This document shows, piece after piece, positions 60,413 to 64,000 of a stretch of 64,000 bases of DNA; position 1 is the first letter of the stretch; every line of letters begins with the position of its first letter. Source of the stretch: an uncultured Nitrospiraceae bacterium (GTDB lineage: Bacteria; Nitrospirota; Thermodesulfovibrionia; Thermodesulfovibrionales; UBA6898); contig CAWEQH010000004.1 in assembly GCA_963811165.1 (NCBI GenBank), forward strand, positions 544,001-608,000, in the 5' to 3' direction. A program made the translations under genes and the position numbers. The notes beneath the pieces were generated by a model. It made no database searches and was not told where the DNA came from. It worked only from the letters and a program-made list of their open reading frames with translations.

Positions 60413-60994
60413 CTATTTTCTGATGATCGCCCTGACAATGTCCCTCCGGGAGATGATCCCGATGAGCTTGTTCTCCTTGTCGATGACGGGCAGCCTCCGT
60501 ATTCTTTTTTCATCCATGGCCTTCGCCGCCTCGCTGATATCGACATCGGGCTTTATGGTTACTGCCGGAGCGGTCATGATGTCTCCGACGAGGTCCCCCA
60601 TCCTTCTTTCATGGAGCGGTTCGCCGAAAAGATGTCGTATGATGTCTGTAAAGGTGTGGCCCCTTTTTGCCCCCATCATGGAAAGGACATCCGCTTCGGA
60701 TATGATGCCGATGACGCGGTTTTCCTTGTCCACCACGGGAAGGCCGCTGATATTATTTTCCGAGAGGATCTTTGCCGCCGCGTTAATGTCGTCGAATTTC
60801 TGAACCGCCACCACATCCCTCTTCATCACATCCTGTACCCGTATCTTTGATACTATCCGCGATCTCGCATGTTTGAAGGCCGTGGCGTAGATTTTTTTCA
60901 GCTCTTCTGCGGTAATGTTCGAATAGGTCTTCGTTTCCTTGAGCGCTGCGATAAGGTCTTCATCCGAGATTTCTTCATGAATGTTGTCGTCCAT
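60413..60994 (-). CDS. CBS-domain pair protein
   Basis: ISGLPVVD..GIISEAD and IRRLPVID..GIISRRD. Confidence 0.9.
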   Translation of the reverse strand: MDDNIHEEISDEDLIAALKETKTYSNITAEELKKIYATAFKHARSRIVSKIRVQDVMKRDVVAVQKFDDINAAAKILSENNISGLPVVDKENRVIGIISEADVLSMMGAKRGHTFTDIIRHLFGEPLHERRMGDLVGDIMTAPAVTIKPDVDISEAAKAMDEKRIRRLPVIDKENKLIGIISRRDIVRAIIRK

Positions 60995-61203
60995 TTATTC
61001 CCTCGTAAATGAAATTTCGGCCGTCGACTGATGAGGCCATCCCCCACCGTCATACAAAACTACTAGCACAATAAAGTGCGTAATTCAAGCCACTCAATTA
61101 TACAGCATGGCCGCTGCATATAGGAAGACGTTTGATGCCGGGCCCCGGCTATACGGGAATGCGACCGGTTGTCAAAGGGCGGGGCCGGGAACTATAATTC
61201 AGG

Positions 61204-62328
61204 ATGAGCTTTAACGCACTTGAACGCAAAATCATTCAAATAATCGGCAGGGAGGGCCCGATTACCTTCGAGAGATTCATGGAAATGGCCCTCTATGACA
61301 CCGGGTTCGGTTATTACCGTTCGGGAAATGCAAGGATAGGAAGGGAAGGAGACTTTTATACGAGCTCCTACCTGCATCCCGTATTCGGCGCAATGATCGG
61401 CAGACAGATCGAAGAGTTCTGGGAGTTTATGGAAAAGCCCCGTGAATTTGAGGTCCTTGAGATGGGGGCGGGCGCGGGGTATCTCTGCAAGGACATCCTC
61501 GATTTTTTGAAAGGACGCGAAGTTTTTGCGGCGCTCAGGTACGGCATAATAGAACCCGGCCCCGCTTCGGCGAAACAGCAGAACGTGCTCCTCAGCGATT
61601 ATCGGAGCAGGGTGAAGTGGTTTTCATCGCTGGGCGAAATCGGAGGCATAAGAGGCTGTCTGTTGTCTAACGAACTTCTCGATGCTTTCCCCGTGCACCT
61701 CGTCCAGATGGAGGACGAATTAAAGGAGGTGTATGTCGGTATGGAGAGAGGCCGGCTGAGGGAGTCCTCCGGGCCGCTGAGCACCCCGGCGTTACTTAAG
61801 TACTTTGAAGAGTTCTCCGTCGAGCTGGAAAGAGGACACAGGACGGAGGTGAATCTAAGGATCAGAGACTGGCTGGGAAGCGCGGCCTCCGTGCTGACCG
61901 AGGGGTTTGTCCTTACGATAGACTACGGCTATACCTCGCGCGAATATCACAGCGAAGACAGGGACAGGGGCACGCTCATGTGTTATCGCCGGCACCAGAT
62001 TATTGAAGACCCTCTGGTGAATGTAGGCGAAGAGGACATCACCGCCCACGTGAATTTTTCGGCGGTCAAAAAATGGGGAGAGGAGTCCGGTTTCGAAACG
62101 GCAGGCTTCTGCGGGCAGGGCGCGTTTCTCGCTTCCCTCGGCATAGACGAGGAAATAAAGAGGCTCTCCCTGGAGTCAAAAGACTACCTCTTTGAACTTG
62201 CGAGGATAAAAAAACTCATACTGCCGCAGGGGATGGGCGAGTCGCATCAGGTGATGATACAGTATAAGGGACCAGGTGCTCCAAAACTCAAAGGCTTTAC
62301 GATGCGGAACCGGATGAAATACCTTTAG
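61204..62328 (+). CDS. SAM-dependent methyltransferase, MidA/NDUFAF7 family
   Basis: FMEMALY..GYY, GDFYTS, EMGAGAG, SNELLDAFP, IDYG, DITAHVNF. Confidence 0.92.
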   Translation: MSFNALERKIIQIIGREGPITFERFMEMALYDTGFGYYRSGNARIGREGDFYTSSYLHPVFGAMIGRQIEEFWEFMEKPREFEVLEMGAGAGYLCKDILDFLKGREVFAALRYGIIEPGPASAKQQNVLLSDYRSRVKWFSSLGEIGGIRGCLLSNELLDAFPVHLVQMEDELKEVYVGMERGRLRESSGPLSTPALLKYFEEFSVELERGHRTEVNLRIRDWLGSAASVLTEGFVLTIDYGYTSREYHSEDRDRGTLMCYRRHQIIEDPLVNVGEEDITAHVNFSAVKKWGEESGFETAGFCGQGAFLASLGIDEEIKRLSLESKDYLFELARIKKLILPQGMGESHQVMIQYKGPGAPKLKGFTMRNRMKYL

Positions 62329-63073
62329 CCTTAAGGTATTCCAGGCTCTTAAGTACGTGTTCGGTGGTGTGTGCTTCAATGGTATGCACGCAGTGATTGC
62401 GGGCGAGAAGTCCGAAGAATTCCGTGAAATCAAACGTACCTTCACCCATCGGCAGGTGCTGGTCGGCTGATCCGTCGTTATCGTGCAGGTGGAGTTCTGC
62501 GATGTAGGGATTTAGTGCTTCGAGCCAATCCGAAAGAGGCACCGTCGAGAAAAGGTTGCAATGTCCGGTATCGAAACAGATGCCGAAGTTATCGGAACCC
62601 ATCTGTTCCATGAGCAGTCTCAGGTTGGAGGGCTCCTCCTCGAAGATATTTTCGATCGCGATCTTCACCCCGATGCCCGATGCCCTTTCGTTCAACGGCC
62701 GCCATGTCAGAAGGCTCTTTTCGAGCCAGAAGCCGACGTCAAGGGCATACTTCCATTTTTCGTAGCCGGAATGAAAAACGATCGCCTTCGGCCTGAGGAC
62801 CTCTGCGATATCCAGGACATGGAAGAACCTTTCGGTCGTCGCCTTCCGCACCTTCGAATCGACTGCAGCGGGAGAAAGGTCCATAAAAGGCGCGTGGAAA
62901 GAAAGGGAAGGGCGGTAGTCGAGTATATCAGTCAGGCCTTGTATGTCGTCCGGCGATATCGAATCGAGAACGGCCGAACTGAAATATATCTCGAGATCCA
63001 GCCTCTTTTCTCTGATAAAGTCTGCGAATTCCGGTATCCGGTTGTAGGGGACGTGAATGTGAGGACCGGCCAC
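62297..63073 (-). CDS. Sugar phosphate isomerase/epimerase (AP endonuclease 2 TIM-barrel) family
   Basis: HAPFMDL, IENIFE, CFDTGH, HLHDN..DQH. Confidence 0.88.
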   Translation of the reverse strand: MAGPHIHVPYNRIPEFADFIREKRLDLEIYFSSAVLDSISPDDIQGLTDILDYRPSLSFHAPFMDLSPAAVDSKVRKATTERFFHVLDIAEVLRPKAIVFHSGYEKWKYALDVGFWLEKSLLTWRPLNERASGIGVKIAIENIFEEEPSNLRLLMEQMGSDNFGICFDTGHCNLFSTVPLSDWLEALNPYIAELHLHDNDGSADQHLPMGEGTFDFTEFFGLLARNHCVHTIEAHTTEHVLKSLEYLKAKGISSGSAS

Positions 63074-63378
63074 TACTTAGAGACCGCTGCCTCAGCCGGC
63101 GCCTTCTTCCCCGCCTTCGTCTCTGTCTTACTTTCCGGATTGCTTTCCGATTTCGTATCCGCAGCTTTTTCAGCCTTCGGACTGACTGAGGCCGACTTGC
63201 CCGCTGCGTAATCGGTTGCATACCATCCCGTGCCCTTTAGCACAAAGGAGCTGCTAGAGATCATCTTCTTCATTTTTCCGCCGCACTCACTGCACTCCGA
63301 AAGCGGCTTAGCGGTGATCTTCTGCATTATTTCGTGATGTTTCCCGCATTTTGTACACTCATATTCATAAATAGGCAT
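63073..63378 (-). CDS. FmdB-family zinc-ribbon protein
   Basis: [31 protein letters not shown]. Confidence 0.92.
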   Translation of the reverse strand: MPIYEYECTKCGKHHEIMQKITAKPLSECSECGGKMKKMISSSSFVLKGTGWYATDYAAGKSASVSPKAEKAADTKSESNPESKTETKAGKKAPAEAAVSK

Positions 63379-63505
63379 GATGCATCAATCTCCTTTTTAA
63401 AACCTTACTCTATACTATAACGCACCGGCGGAAACCGCGTCAATTTGCAGGCAGACAATAGCCCCCACACCAGGGTGTGAATGCGACGCCGAAAAAGAAT
63501 ATAAT

Positions 63506-64000
63506 ATGCTGATGCTGATAGCCGCCTTAACAGGTAATTTCGGGATGGGCAAGAGCTATGTCCTTTCCCTCTTCAGGGAACTCGGTGCGGTCACGCTTGA
63601 AAGCGACCGCGTAGTCGGGATGCTTCTGAGGGAGGATGCGGTCATTGCGAAGGTGAAGGGCCTGCTGGGGAGTGACGTGGCGGGCCCGGGGGGGGGCCTC
63701 GACAAAAGGGCGATCGCCGAGATGATATTTCATGATCGGGCAATGAAAGACAAACTTGAGTCGTTTCTCCACCCCCTGGTTTTTGAAAAGGTGGAGGATT
63801 TTATCAGCAGGATAAAAAATAGGGATTCCCTTGTGATAGTCGAGGTGCCTCTGCTTTTCGAAGGAGAGTATCAGGCCCGTTTTGAAAAGATCATTACGGT
63901 CTGCAGTTCAGAGGAAACAGCACTTAAGAGACTGGAGGGATCGGGAGTTTCGGCAGGCGATGCAAAGGCGAGGTTGAAGAACCAGCTGCCCATTTCCGAG
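63506..64000 (+). CDS. coaE: Dephospho-CoA kinase (3' end beyond the window)
   Basis: Manual translation LTGNFGMGKS, LDKRAIAEMIF, LESFLHPLV, VEVPLLFE, RLKNQLP. Confidence 0.92.
   Translation, partial: MLMLIAALTGNFGMGKSYVLSLFRELGAVTLESDRVVGMLLREDAVIAKVKGLLGSDVAGPGGGLDKRAIAEMIFHDRAMKDKLESFLHPLVFEKVEDFISRIKNRDSLVIVEVPLLFEGEYQARFEKIITVCSSEETALKRLEGSGVSAGDAKARLKNQLPISE

Noticed and set aside
61005..61045. GAAA...CTGATGA as a hammerhead ribozyme, or GATGAGGCC as a fluoride riboswitch
   Set aside because: Required stems do not pair and the partner motifs are missing.

Overview
Gene-dense, mostly core chromosomal window from an anaerobic/microaerophilic bacterium. Gene styles suggest Nitrospirota (Thermodesulfovibrionia-like) or a deltaproteobacterial relative; this is inference. 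Contents: an iorAB-paaK-ACT-livKHMGF aryl-acid cluster, a beta-barrel porin, perR plus a compositionally foreign katG, split chromate transporters, a c-di-GMP-I riboswitch over two tiny ORFs, LysR/leuCD, ffs-dnaX-ybaB-recR, a frameshifted UPF0182 gene, a heme-c hybrid kinase, mtaD, asd, leuB, pgm, tatA, sigma54-driven amtB, ilvA with an apparent CTG start, cls, SOD, two tRNAs, a degenerate HD-GYP protein and partial coaE. The best candidate for an undescribed system is a compact RiPP-like locus. A radical SAM/SPASM enzyme (55205-56356, minus) is followed by an unannotated 20-aa Cys-rich peptide, MTIRKVQKKSALTCKCKSSC (55109-55171), with its own RBS, an internal extended -10 promoter and a terminator. 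Other notable signals: an attC-like site after katG, an extended SRP RNA, a PLP-lysine-less CobD/HisC homolog, a candidate sigma54-dependent structured RNA, and several REP/MITE families. All calls come from reading the sequence by eye; no searches were run.
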